Source: Callorhinchus milii (Eukaryota). Taken from it: a DNA stretch of 64,000 bases. The stretch spans positions 18,290,001-18,354,000 of the forward strand of contig NW_024704753.1 of the NCBI RefSeq assembly GCF_018977255.1, written 5' to 3'. The position numbers and the translations under genes were made by a program. Numbering within the stretch: the first letter of the stretch is position 1; every line of letters starts with the position of its first letter. The notes beneath the pieces were generated by a model that saw only the letters and a program-made list of their open reading frames with translations, was not told the DNA's origin and did not search any database. Below are positions 30,501 through 62,679 of this stretch, one piece after another.

Positions 30501-33500
30501 AGGCCACAGCCTGATCAATTCCTGTTTTAAATTGACATATTTGCACTTTTTCCTGGTATTCCTTGTTCTCCTGCAAGGCAAGGGGAAAAAGAGTCTGAAA
30601 AACATCCATCTCGTCTTTACAATGCATTTGACCACAAAGAAGAGCTGTGATTCCGGACTGGCTTAATTGTTTGCAAACGTAAAGTGCTTTTGCAGTTTTA
30701 GCTGGTTGAACTCTGGTAGTATCCCAGACACACACTCTGGGTCCCAAGCCTTGCCTCTTGTCGATTTGTGCCTAACTTGTGCCTTTCGCCCACGAAATAT
30801 ACAGTTAATTCACTTTACAATATATTCTGTGAAGCGCTTTGAGACGTCTCGAAGACTTGATGAGGCTCTATATCAAATGTAAGGATTATTATTATTATGG
30901 TTATTATTATTAATACAGTAATCTCCAGAATATAAAGATGTTTGACCATCATTTAACGTCTGATCTGAACTATATCAGATGCTGTGAGACACCAAACAAC
31001 GACGACTTGTATTTATATAACGCCCTTCACGTTGGTTTGCGCCCCGGAGTGCTTGGCAATGCCTTCACATAGTGAGGGAGAGGGAATTGGATGAGTATCA
31101 TCTCACATTGCCTGTTCTCATGCTTATTCCGAACAGCTCGCTAAATAAATTCTTGGGGGAAATAGAGCAAGTTTTACTCTTACGCTCTCCTGTTTATAAT
31201 CAGGAAAAAATGTGGGAAGCCTTCCATTTCCCTCATCGAACATCGAATTCGGTCTACCACCCCCGTCAACACTCTATCCAAAATTCGATGAATAGGATAC
31301 AACGCAGCCATTATACAAATGATTTCTAAATTACCTTCAATAGTTTGTCGCTTCCCAATTTCCACTGCTGGAAAAGCCTCAGCTCCTCTGCTGTAAATGG
31401 TCTTCTCTCGGACAGATCGATCGGCGGAACTTGTAGGTTGTTTGATAGTTTTACCAGGGGATAGGGCTCTATTGAAGTGTTTATGTAAGGTACAGCTGTA
31501 CAGGGTTTTTCGGGGCAACGGTTAGATATTAAAGTGAGATACGAGGTGGTCAGAATAATAGAGGGAAAGCCGCGATCTGCAGGAAAAGAAAAACAATTTA
31601 TAGCGGCTTATAAACACCTGAAATATGCTCCTTTGCTAAGCTGAAGCGGCTTAAAGGAGCATATTTTATTAATAATAGTACTAATAATAATCCTTGCATT
31701 TGATATAGAGCTTTATCACGTCTTTGAGATGCCTCAAAGCGCTTCTGAGCACGTTTTAATTGAAGGAGAGAGAGGAGCAGAAAGGCAGAAAGAAATGATG
31801 TGATGTGTTTTTCTGGGCGGCTCCCAATCCGTGGTATATTTTTTGTAAAAAGATAATAACACGTCTCCCTGCAGGAAAGACACACTTGCAAGCAGCCCCT
31901 CACATTGACAACAACAACTTGCATTTATATAGCCTCCCTCACACCGGGTAGTGTCCCAGAGCGCCTGACATGCCTGTCATCAACAAGTTAGCGTGTGAGG
32001 AATCGCTAACAATGAAGCAACGCACTCCTCTGCTCTAAGTCACAGAATCCTGAGTGGTCCAAACACTCAGTTTATGTGGATTATTTTCTGTGTCTTAGTT
32101 TCTGTACTTCGCTCGTGCTAAGGTGAGACGGGATCATAATTGCGCTTGGTATACCTTGGTATACTGAGAGAGAGAGTATTTTGTTGTGGATGTTGATTTT
32201 GTTGGGACGTACGTCCTCCTGACGTGAAAGGCGCTACGCAAATGTAATTTTATTGTTGTTGTTGTTGATTCGGCTCGCTAATGCAGGCTGGCGTGTCCTG
32301 ATTGAGCATGGCTCATTCCCTTCTTGAAAAATGCTTCCCATAAAGGAAACAATGAAAGAATCATAAGAACATGAAAAATTTGCTCGGCCCAAGAAAACCA
32401 AGGTCCATCTGGTTCACCTTCCACCATCCTGGCAGTCGCTTGACACATCGCGTCCCAAACTACACACTGTATCCCCGAGATTTTATTTTCTAGCAGAAAT
32501 CGATCTGATTTGTTCTTCAAATAAAACAACACCTTCTGCTCTATCAAATGCTCTACAGTCTACAAGTTCTCTGTGATAGTTTTGCCTATAAGGGCTCCTG
32601 ATGAGGAGTCTCCTTGTCGGAGGTTTTATCTCTTGCAAGTTCTTACCTGATTGATACAATTGGTTCCGAACTTCCTGACGGACTTCCTTCTTCCAGGTCT
32701 TCTGACCATGAGCAAGATCTTTGTATAAAATATCGCCCGCTTTACCCAGTGTATCTACCATATCATCCAGCTCTAGGTCACTGATTGGAATGTGAGCCTG
32801 TTTAACAGAACAAAACAAAATAATAATCATAATCTTTGCATTTGATATACAGCGCCTTATCACGTCATCGAGACGTCTCAAAACACTTCGCAGGATATAC
32901 TGTAAAAGGATTTGACTGTGTATTTTGTGAGCAAAACGCGGCAGCCAATTGCCCACGGCAGCGTCCCCGCAAACAGCCGCGGATTGAGTGACCAAATTAT
33001 TATTTTTTTCAAAACTATTATTTTTTTTGAAGGGATTGTCACCACCGGAAAAGCGATGCATCAATCGACTAATTACTGCTAGATAAACAGAGGTGTGTGT
33101 GTGAATTAAAGAAATTTTAATTTTCGCCCTGCTCGGGAATCGAACCCGGGTCCTCTCACTCGCAAGACGGGTGCTCTAACCCCTGAGCTGCAGGACTACC
33201 TTCATAATGACATCTTGAAGGTTACTCTTCGATAGCTTCCATCTCTTTTCTTTGTCGGTAATTTTGAAGAAATCGAGTAATCGCAGCCTGTTTTTGTTCA
33301 GGTGTTGCTGTAGCAGCATAATCGCCTTCGGAGAGGGCCGCAGAATCAACGGAGTGGTGATACTGACCTTGGCACGCCGCTGCGGTTCGACATCCATCAT
33401 AGCCTGGAGAAAGCAGGTAAGGTTTTTATTCCATCATTTCAGTGAATTATTCAATCGCATGTTGTCTGCCTCCACTTCTCTCATTCGGGTACGTGAGCCT

Positions 33501-34659
33501 ATTTCACACACACGCTGCCTCCACTACTGTATTTTAGAAACGTAAGAACATAGGAACAGGAGGAGGCCCTTCAGCCCCTCGAGCCTGTTCCGCCATTCTA
33601 TCAGATCATGGTTGATCTGTACCTCAACTCCAATTACCCGCCTTCGCCCCGTATCCCTTGATACCCTGACCTCACAAATATCTGTCAACCTCGGTCTTGA
33701 ATACTTGAATAGATACAGCCATAATCCACAGCCTTTTGGGGGGAGGGAGGGAGAGTTCCAGATTTCCACTATCCTTTGAGTGAAAAACTGCCTCCTGATT
33801 TTAAAACATATTCGTGTCAAAGAGCAAGTGGGAACATCATTTTCAATCCAATCAGGTCCATCGCACACATCGGCGGGAACACACAGTAACTCTTGACTGC
33901 ATATTTACTGTATGTATATATATATATGTGTGATATGTTATATGAAACAAACCAAAAAATAAAGTTGGATGAAGCAAACTGACATTTGTGTAGCACTTAA
34001 GTCAATTCTCTGGATTAGAGGAGAAAGCAACAACAACAACTTGCATTTACACAGTGCCCTCGTGTGGGGTAGCATCCCAGAGTGCTTGACACGGGGGGGA
34101 GACGGAGCGGGGGAGGTGACTGTAAGCACTATCGAAAAGGAAGGACCTCAGGCGGGATTTGAAAGTGGGGAGGGCAGGAAAGCAGAAAGCTAAAGAGCAG
34201 TGCCCTTACGCTTGCCAACTTGGCTCTCTCTGCTCTTCTGCGTTCTTCCTGCTCCAGTATTCTTTCCAACACATACGTCTCAATTTCAGTCAGAGACATT
34301 TTATTCTCCAACCAGTATTTCAAGGCTTCGATGGATGTCAGATCTCGCCTCATCTTCTTTCTCTCTCGCATCCACTTGGTGTACTCGTCCTCTCTCTCCT
34401 GGCTTTCCACTTCCAGAAGTTCTTTCTCTCCTTTCTCTATCTGTTGTTTCATGGCCTTCTGAATGGTTTTTATGTGGATGGAGCGAGTTGAGGCCGAATT
34501 CAAAGGAGCGGCATTGAATCGCCTGACTCTTAGTTTTGCTGGCCCGAAGCATTTTTGTGCCATGCGAAAATATTGAGTCTTATGCAAATCCCTTTGCTTG
34601 TACCTCTCCAGTTGTTGGGTGATAGTCAATTCTTGTCCTTCCATTTGAAAATAAGCCAT
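27505..34659 (-). CDS. EFCAB12: EFCAB12 (EF-hand calcium-binding domain 12), 9 coding exons: 34210-34659, 33200-33403, 32647-32797, 31335-31576, 30357-30570, 29583-29697, 28633-28872, 28100-28210, 27505-27766
   Basis: [13 protein letters not shown]...[46 protein letters not shown] (EF-hand-like), [33 protein letters not shown] and C-terminal [15 protein letters not shown]...WPVSNQGY...KVYIL* match EFCAB12 as recalled. It lies next to MBD4 as in mammals. The start codon is uncertain. Confidence 0.85.
32820..33197 (-). mobile_element. Full-length SINE occupying EFCAB12 intron 2
   Basis: Head agtcctgcagctcaggggttagagcacccgtcttgcgagtgagaggacccgggttcgattcccg starts at the splice donor. The tail ends about 20 nt before the acceptor. 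Confidence 0.9.
33540..33800 (-). mobile_element. CR1-like LINE 3' fragment
   Basis: Plus strand reads agaacataggaacaggaggaggcccttcagcccctcgagcctgttccgccattc...agatcatgg, a typical fish CR1 3' end in antisense. Related pieces are at about 22780-22900 and 26020-26085. Confidence 0.7.
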
Positions 34660-34940
34660 TTGTTTTTTTTTTTGCACGATCAGAAAGTAATTAGAAGTCA
34701 AGGTAAGCGTGAGAAAGGAGTTACTGTTCCATTTCCAGCAACCAGTGCGCACGCGATGGATCGGAATGGATTGAAAATGATGTTCGAAAAAAATTGCTGT
34801 TGCTGTTATTATATTCCAAGGGTGACCTGTATCTTCGGACTTGTTCCCACGCTTGCAAATTCCGGCAATGATCTACATAGGCTGAAAGGGTTCTCTACGG
34901 ATGAAGGAATCCTCTGACATCAGACACAGTTAAAAACCCC

Positions 34941-34954
34941 ATTACCTTGGCAAC
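34941..34954 (-). promoter_or_regulatory. Candidate RFX X-box upstream of EFCAB12
   Basis: GTTGCCAAGGTAAT on the minus strand, close to the GTTGCCATGGCAAC consensus, about 280 nt upstream of the predicted ATG. Confidence 0.5.
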
Positions 34955-36102
34955 ACGAACGCAGCAACATTAAAGGTTCCGCCCTTCAACACTGATTGAA
35001 TAGCAGTGACGCATTGCACTTTGTTGATTTCAAACCCCTGGTCGGTTGGTGTCAGATTCATTAAACACACAGCATGGACTTCTGGCCTGACTTTACTTGA
35101 TGCACCGGAACACCAGGATCTGCTGGCGTTTATATTTCATTTCGCCCCCACGCCCTCCCTCGAAAATATACAACAATCCTGGCATTTGATTATGGCACGC
35201 GCCTCATCACGTCTTCTACGCGTCTCAAAGCGCTTTGCGGAATAGACTGTCAAGTGAATCGACCGCATGTTTTGTGGGTGAAAAACGGCAGCCAATTGCG
35301 CACAGCAGCGTCCCCACAACCAGTTGTGGATTGAGTGACAAAGAGTACAAAGAGTCTCAAAAAGCACCTTCGTCAACTTTACCATTTTAACATTTATTTA
35401 ACATTTCATCAAAGTATAAAATTGAAAATACTGTACAAGCCATTTCTATTACAAACACACACACAACATCATTTAAAAGCTTCTAAAACTCAATACTTTT
35501 TTNCTCCCCATTGTGGGACAAGTGGTGGGCGGTTTGAGGGAAAGGTTTTTGCTCGGGTAGTTACCTTACGCCTGTGGAATAAATTCTGTATCTCACATGA
35601 TGAGATAACAAACTACTTATCACAGCGAGTTTATGAGTCCGTTCATAATAAAAACTGTACAAGTAAAATGTTTTGCAACCTACTGCTTCTATTTCATGAT
35701 GTCAAACTGAGAACTGACTGCACTTTAGAAAAAAAAAGTCCCAAGTGATATTGGCACAACAACAACAACTTGCACTTATACAGTGCCCATCACACAGGAT
35801 AACGTCTCAGCTGATCACGGCTGGTTGTCGGTCTGTACAGTGATATGGTTTGCATTCAAAGTCACATCTGGCATACTTGTGATCATTTTAAATGATCAGT
35901 TGGTGTGCGGTATATTGAAGAGTTGTGGGATTCATTCAGCAGTTTATTAAGGCATTTTATGTTTGTGTTCACAGGGCAACAAAGCTGAACATTACTCAGA
36001 GACTGTGAATCTCCACCAACAGAGTACAATACAATACAAAGTTACATTTGTAAAGCACCTTTCAAGTCGGGAGGACGTCCCAAGGCGCTGAACAGTCAGG
36101 GA

Positions 36103-39100
36103 TTAGGACCCGAGCGGGGACGGGGGAGTGGGGGTGGGATCAGGAAGGGTGGAGGGCGTGGAAGGTGGGGGTATGAGGGTGGCCGAAGTAATGTCCTTGG
36201 GTCGGGTCAGACCAAGCTTCTCGTGGTTCTCCCAAAGCCAGGCCCAGTACTTGTTCAGTTTGTGATCTTGAGGCTGTACCTAGAAAATAAAACATGCAAC
36301 ACATATTTATGAAAGCTCCAGATATGATCAATTATCTTAGGAGTCATATGAATCAAGAGCTTGGTGCTACACCTTACCTCCTTCCACTCTTTGATACAAA
36401 AAATCCGGTAGGAATCATTTCCATACTTCCCAATGCCATGCAGCTCAATCGGGTACTTCCACGATTTATTCAGGAACTGATCTGATGCCCAAAATAACAA
36501 CAGGTAAATAGCCACTTACAGCAACAGGTATGTGTCACATCATGGATTTCCGTACAGTAGCACAAAAAAAAGTGGTGGAAAACACACACTGTCCTGTTTT
36601 ACGCCCTTCAACACAGGGCAAACATTTTCACCAGTGGTCAGATCGATGTCAATAGAGACCTAGACACAGCTGTGCGCAATTGGCTGCCGCGTTTCACCCA
36701 CAAAATACACAGTCAATTTACTTTACAGTATATTCTGTGAAGCGCTTTGAGACGTCTCAATGATGTGACAAGCAACTATATCAAATGCAAGGATTATTAT
36801 TATTATTATTACAGGAACTTAGCATCTGATGTAGATCAGGAACTTCTCTCACTCTTTGCTATTGTATGGCGATATTACAACTACTCTAATCCACTGCTCT
36901 CATGTTGTAACTTAATGGAGGCTACATGGGTCACTTTACAAAGAGACTGAACCAGGAATTGAACATATCCCACATTACAAACCAATATGACAACAGATAA
37001 CAGCAGAACACTATACCAGAAAATTTGACGATAGCTTTGGCTCTCAGTTCATTTAGGCCGAGTGGTTTCATAAGCTCTGCGATTTCCTTCCAATCAGCTG
37101 CTCGAGCCACTTCAGCACAAGGGTATTGTTCCAGGAACTCCCACAGCATGGGAATGGCCTTTTTACCTGATATAAGAAAAAATATACTTCATTATATTTG
37201 TATTGTGCTTTTCACGTCAGGAGGACGTCCCAAGGCGCTGGACAGTTAGGGATCCGCACCCAAGTTGGTGGTTGGGATCAGGAGGGGTGGAGGGTCGGGA
37301 GGGTAGGGGTAGGAGGGTAACCGAAGGCGCGGTCGAAGAGGAGGGTTTTGAGACAGGTCTTGAAGGAGGCGAGGGAGGGGGCGAGACAGAGGGATTGTGG
37401 GATGGAGTTCCAGAGGCTCGGGCTTCACTTGCTCATATACATTTCGAATTAAAATGCTGATATATGATGATCAAGTCTCACCTCTACCAACCTACCAGAG
37501 GTTTTGTTGAGAAACATGGTTGCGATAAGAAGCTTCCATGGATCATGGAAGAGCGTCTCTTGCACCAGGTCGAATGGGGATCGAGGAGGCGTCCACTTAT
37601 TGAATGCTTTCTGCCATGGAGGGCTTGGAGCTACAGAAATCCACCAAAACATTATTTCACCTGACAGCACAATTTCACAGCTGTAACAAACTGCAATTGG
37701 GGAAAAGATTTGATGTTTGTTACCTCCTTTAGAGTATTTCTTAGAAAAGTAAGGACTGGTTTTCCTCCTGTCGAGTTTTGCTCTTGGATGATGATTCTCT
37801 GTTTAAAAAGACAAGAAAGCCTCAGCTTAAGGAGCAGTGAGTTTACAAAGGAATGTACTGCACGGAAACAGGGCATTTGGCCAAACCAGCCCGTGCTAGT
37901 GGCAAAGAATGTTGTGAGATTTATAAACTGCAGGATTGCTGGATATGTAAATGAGTAGCATTTTTGTTGAAAATGCACCCCAAATTATTATGTGCCTGTG
38001 TTTGGGGTGGTGGTGGGGGGAGGTATATTTAAATTACTTTCTTGCCCTTCTCCAACCAGCTAGATCATCTACATCTAGAAGGTTTCCAGGGCTCTGTCAA
38101 CGTTACTTTCATCTCGGGATACAGTGTATAGTTTGGGGTCACAACATGCCAAGCGACTGCCAGGATGGTGGAAGGCGAACTGGATGGACCTTGGGCTTCT
38201 TTGGCCAACAAATTCTTATCGTCCACAAGATACAAAATAATTTGAAATGAGAATGGAAAGACCTCATCTGCAATAATTATAAACAACATTAAATTATGCC
38301 GCATGTAATACCTTGGGTTTTCAGTGATGTAAAAGCGTTGCCATCCGAATGACACACCAATATTCTATTGTCCGAGTCTTCAGAATTAGGCTCTGATTTG
38401 AATAAATCTGTTTCCAAACAAAGTACACTTGGTGTTGATTCAGATTTTTTTCCAGAAATCGTTACCTCAGGCAATGACAAGGCAGTGGAAGCATCTTTCT
38501 GACTGATCTGTGCTGAATCCCTGTTAAATTCAGATGTCTCCAAGACAGCTTGTTTAGCATCTTCTATCATTTGTAATTCTGGTGTGTGTGGGGTTCCAGA
38601 CAGTTCCTCCTTTAAAAGCTGTTCTCTTCTTTCTTCTTTATCTTTTTTGGACCTTTTCGTGCTCGCTGTCTTCTCAGCTTTGAAACTATGCTTTCCTTGC
38701 AGAGGCAGCGTTTCCTCCTTTTCAGTTAAAAGAGACTTTTTCTGCCTCGTGTTTGAAGACGGCTCTCTTCTGCACTTCTTTCTGAGCTTACCAAAGTCTT
38801 GCATTCCCGCACCTTTCTCGGATTTCTTGTTTGAAGTACTGCTAACTCTCGCACACCTCCGCCTTTTAACTGTTTGGGATATTGTCTCGGTCTCAGGCTT
38901 TTGCAAAGTATCCCCCATCTCTTGCGTTGGAACCTGTGCCGGAGCTAATGGAACACTGAAAGTTAATTCACTGACAATATATGCAGACGAGCAAGACACC
39001 AGTTTCTGAAGAGATTTTCTGTATACCTGCTGCCTGGTTAGCCGCAGTTCTAGAAGCTTTCCGAGTTTTGCCTTGGCCAGAGATAGCACAATTGGTTGTA

Positions 39101-39868
39101 ATTTCATCTCCGGTAGATTGTTGAAAATAATTTGCAAGTTCCTTAGAAGATCGAAACCGCTTCCCCTGGGGACTAAATAAGAGATACTTCTTAGAAACAG
39201 AAATGTTGTTTGAGTATTTTTAATGTGCTAATATATTGATGATCTGAAGGCTAAACTATCACTTATAAAACTATAAGATGACCATTAAATTTCCCACCTC
39301 TCCCGACAGTTAACTAACAAAAGTAAAATGTAGGTAAGAAATTTATCTTTCTGATCCCTTTATTGCAGGATTATTTCAAGTCTTTGCACATACGGCTGCT
39401 TCTCAGGCTGAGGAGGGTAAATCTGCACATATGTGTTTTTTTCAGGAACTAGTCCAAGACGGCTACTTGATATTCTTGCTATCTTGTGTGATTGGGAACT
39501 GTCTGGATTTATAATAATAATCCTTGCATTTGATACAGCGTCGTTGAGACATCTCAAAGCGCTTCACAGAATATACTATAAAATGAATTGACTGTGTATT
39601 TTATATCTCACCTTACAATGTAAACATCGTGTTTTCCTGCTGACTTCCCAGTTTTTCTTTCTTTTACGATTGTCTTCCATCCTTCTGGGAGCTCTGGGTG
39701 ATGATGTAGAGGCGCTTTGAAATCCAAAGTCTGATTTACAGGTCCGTCTTCAGTTAATGCAAAGTTTGTGTTTTCCTGGTCTGGCGATTCAGATTTCAAA
39801 CCATCTTCCTTTGCTAAATCTCTCTGGAGGCAGTGTTCATCTTCAACGTTACCAGGAGGAAATTCCAT
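36103..39868 (-). CDS. MBD4: MBD4 (methyl-CpG-binding domain 4 DNA glycosylase), about 558 aa; coding exons 39612-39868, 39027-39172, 38312-38944, 37724-37798, 37496-37630, 37017-37166, 36378-36481, 36103-36279
   Basis: MBD: [46 protein letters not shown]1-binding-type motif RRKTSPYFS. HhH glycosylase domain: [35 protein letters not shown]...[11 protein letters not shown]...[34 protein letters not shown] (catalytic Asp present). Exon lengths sum to 1677 nt. Confidence 0.95.
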
Positions 39869-39946
39869 CACGCGAATGCAAACTTCTTAAATGTTCTCAT
39901 CACTGAAAATGGAACATAAAAAGTAAATCTGTATTTTGTTTGCAAC

Positions 39947-40133
39947 TGTGGAGTCCTGTAGCTCAGTGGTTAGAGTTACGGCTCAGCACCTTGGGATGTC
40001 CTCCCAACGTGAAAGGCGCTTTCTAAATGTAATGTTGTTGTTGTGTGTTGTAGAGCACTCGCCTCGCAAGCGAGAGGACCCGGGTTCGATTCCCGGCCAG
40101 GTCAGGGCGAAACGTTGGGCAAGTTTCCTTACT

Positions 40134-40167
<34 letters not shown>

Positions 40168-40452
40168 CTCCGTTTATCCAGCAGTATGTAGGAACCCGTT
40201 CGTTAGCCGATTGGCGGATCGCTTTTCCGGGGGAGTAATAATAATCACTTCAAAAAAAAATAATAATAAATTGGTGACTTCAACCCTCGGCTGTTTGTGG
40301 GGAGACGCTGCCGTGCGCAATCGGCTGCCGCGTTTCGCCCACAAAATACACAATCAATTGGCTTTACAGCGTATCCCGTGAAGCGCTTTGAGACGCCTCG
40401 AAGACATAATAATAAGGCGCCGTATCAAATGCCAGGATTGTTATTATTATTA
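39947..40452 (+). mobile_element. Full-length SINE with a nested LINE2 tail and (CA)n
   Basis: Head interrupted at 39976-40050, then B box ggttcgattcc, core and tail. Confidence 0.88.
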
Positions 40453-40920
40453 TGTTATCATATTATTATAATATTGCATTATTGTATTGTTATATTCTAA
40501 TTATATTATTATTGTTATATTATTATATTGTATTATTGTTATATTATTATATTGTATTATTATATTATGTTGTATTATTGTTATATTATATTGTATTATT
40601 GTTATATTATTATATTGTATTAGTATATTATATTGTATTATTATTATATTATTATATTGTATTAATATATTATATTGTATTATTGTTATATTATTATATT
40701 GTATTATTATATTATGTTGTATTATTGTTATATTATATTATATTATTGTTATATTATTATATTGTATTAGTATATTATATTGTATTATTATTATATTATT
40801 ATATTGTATTAATATATTATATTGTATTATTGTTATATTATTATATTGTATTATTATATTATATTATTATTATATCATTATACCGTTATCTTATTATTAT
40901 TGTTATGATTATTAATTATA
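40452..40920. repeat. AT-rich minisatellite (tattatattg-type units) grown from the SINE (TTA)n tail
   Basis: About 470 nt almost devoid of C, directly continuing the SINE tail. Confidence 0.92.
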
Positions 40921-40924
40921 GTAC

Positions 40925-41551
40925 CTGATGTGCAGTATTTAGTTCAGTTGTGGACCTAAAGCTGAGGCTGAAGCGGTCCGAGTCGGTGCGTTGGTGTCCA
41001 GGTGACAAACAGCTGTGTGACCTGACACTGTGAGCGCCGACATCTTGGAGGAGGAGGAGGAGGAAGGGGGAGGAGCAGCAGCAAATCCCGCGCACGCGCG
41101 CGACCCTTGACCTCGGTCACGTGTCAAAACCTCGCGAGATGTCACCGGCCTCGTCGGGGTGGGTTGGGAGGGAGAGTGGCGGGGGAGGGGGGGGGGGGCG
41201 TGGCTTGAGACGTCACGCGGGTGGGGAAGGGCGAGGGCGGGGAGGGAGGAGCGTGGGAAGCCTCACGTGAGAGAGAGGGGGCGGGGGGGTTGGGGCGGAG
41301 CGGGTGGGCGGGGACGAGAGGCGGGGCTTTGGCGGAAGCCACAGTGCGCAGGCGCCTCCCCACCATCAGCCCCGCCCCTTTCCACCTCCTCCCGCTCCCG
41401 CCCGCCCCGGGCCCCGCCCACCCCCGACACGTGACGTGTCAGTCCAATCAATCAGCCCTCGGGGGCCCGGGCCTAGTCACGGACGGAGGCGGCGGGTGTC
41501 GAGTCGCGGGTTGGTCTGTGTTGGCGCCCGGGCGTTTGCTCGCAGCACGCG
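40925..41551. promoter_or_regulatory. MBD4/IFT122 bidirectional CpG-island promoter, including probable MBD4 non-coding exon 1 (donor at 40924)
   Basis: GC boxes (gggcgg/ccgccc), NRF1-like GCGCACGCGC (~41090) and TGCGCAGGCGC (~41345), E-boxes GTCACGTG (~41116), TCACGTGA (~41263) and CACGTGAC (~41428), CCAAT (~41444), and YY1-like CAAGATGTCGGC. Confidence 0.8.

Positions 41552-62679
<21,128 letters not shown>

Noticed and set aside
38945-39137. N-terminal part of the 282-aa ORF ([12 protein letters not shown]...)
   Set aside because: It is out of frame with the real MBD exon 39027-39172. Only the portion from 38944 downward is MBD4 coding.
40452-40928. 158-aa and 142-aa hydrophobic Tyr/Ile/Leu ORFs resembling membrane proteins
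   Set aside because: They come from an AT-rich minisatellite expanded from a SINE tail.
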